From Nemertoderma westbladi (lineage: Eukaryota > Animalia > Xenacoelomorpha), in the NCBI GenBank assembly GCA_032718475.1, contig JAUCBJ010008394.1, positions 62,001-126,000 on the forward strand: a stretch of DNA of 64,000 nt, in the 5' to 3' direction. The notes under the pieces are model-generated. The model saw only the letters and a list, made by a program, of their open reading frames with translations. It had not been told where the DNA came from and did not search any database. The translations under genes and the position numbers were made by a program. Positions 63,849 to 64,000 of this stretch are shown piece after piece (position 1 is the first letter of the stretch; each line of letters begins with the position of its first letter).

Positions 63849-64000
63849 ATGTCAGATGAAGAGGTTCCCATAATCTCAAGTTCAATGAATAATAGTTGTT
63901 CAAATGAAAATTACCATCGGAAAGGATGGAGACTTTATATATTAGTGGCTATGTTGCTGAGTATTCAAGCAATACCAGGTTGGTGTCATAATCTATTGGA
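63849..64000 (+). CDS. SLC18B1-like MFS transporter, copy 6 (5' end only, inverted orientation)
   Basis: MSDEEVPIISSSMNNSCSNENYHRKGWRLYILVAMLLSIQAIPGWCHNLL runs off the window. Not in the ORF track. Confidence 0.88.
   Translation, partial: MSDEEVPIISSSMNNSCSNENYHRKGWRLYILVAMLLSIQAIPGWCHNLL

Overview
AT-rich eukaryotic (most likely invertebrate animal) genomic DNA with no prokaryotic signatures. The organising feature is a tandem array of six paralogous, intronless 12-TM MFS transporter genes most similar to SLC18B1 (vesicular polyamine/amine transporter family). Copies 2 and 4 are full length. Copies 1 and 3 have altered C-termini. Copy 5 is a 5'-deleted, frameshifted pseudogene. Copy 6 is inverted and runs off the window end. 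The duplication units also carry a shared upstream block that may be a decayed second gene. The spacers are a dense, nested record of transposons whose boundaries can often be fixed from target-site duplications (TSDs) and from empty sites in paralogous units: Ty3/Gypsy remnants; two Penelope-like elements (one with a candidate minimal hammerhead ribozyme); two RTE-clade LINE families with (TAG)n tails (one insertion has a 132-bp TSD and two further nested LINEs); a CR1/L2-group LINE with PHD-APE-RT; two REL-endonuclease (CRE-like) 3' fragments; an ISL2EU-like DNA transposon with a YqaJ remnant; several MITE/foldback elements; a G2E3-like HECT pseudogene; and a direct-repeat-bounded tRNA-like element. 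I found no unequivocal new biological system. The best leads are the diversifying transporter array, its possible companion gene, and the direct-repeat/tRNA-like structured element. All family assignments come from motif recognition by eye, not from database searches.
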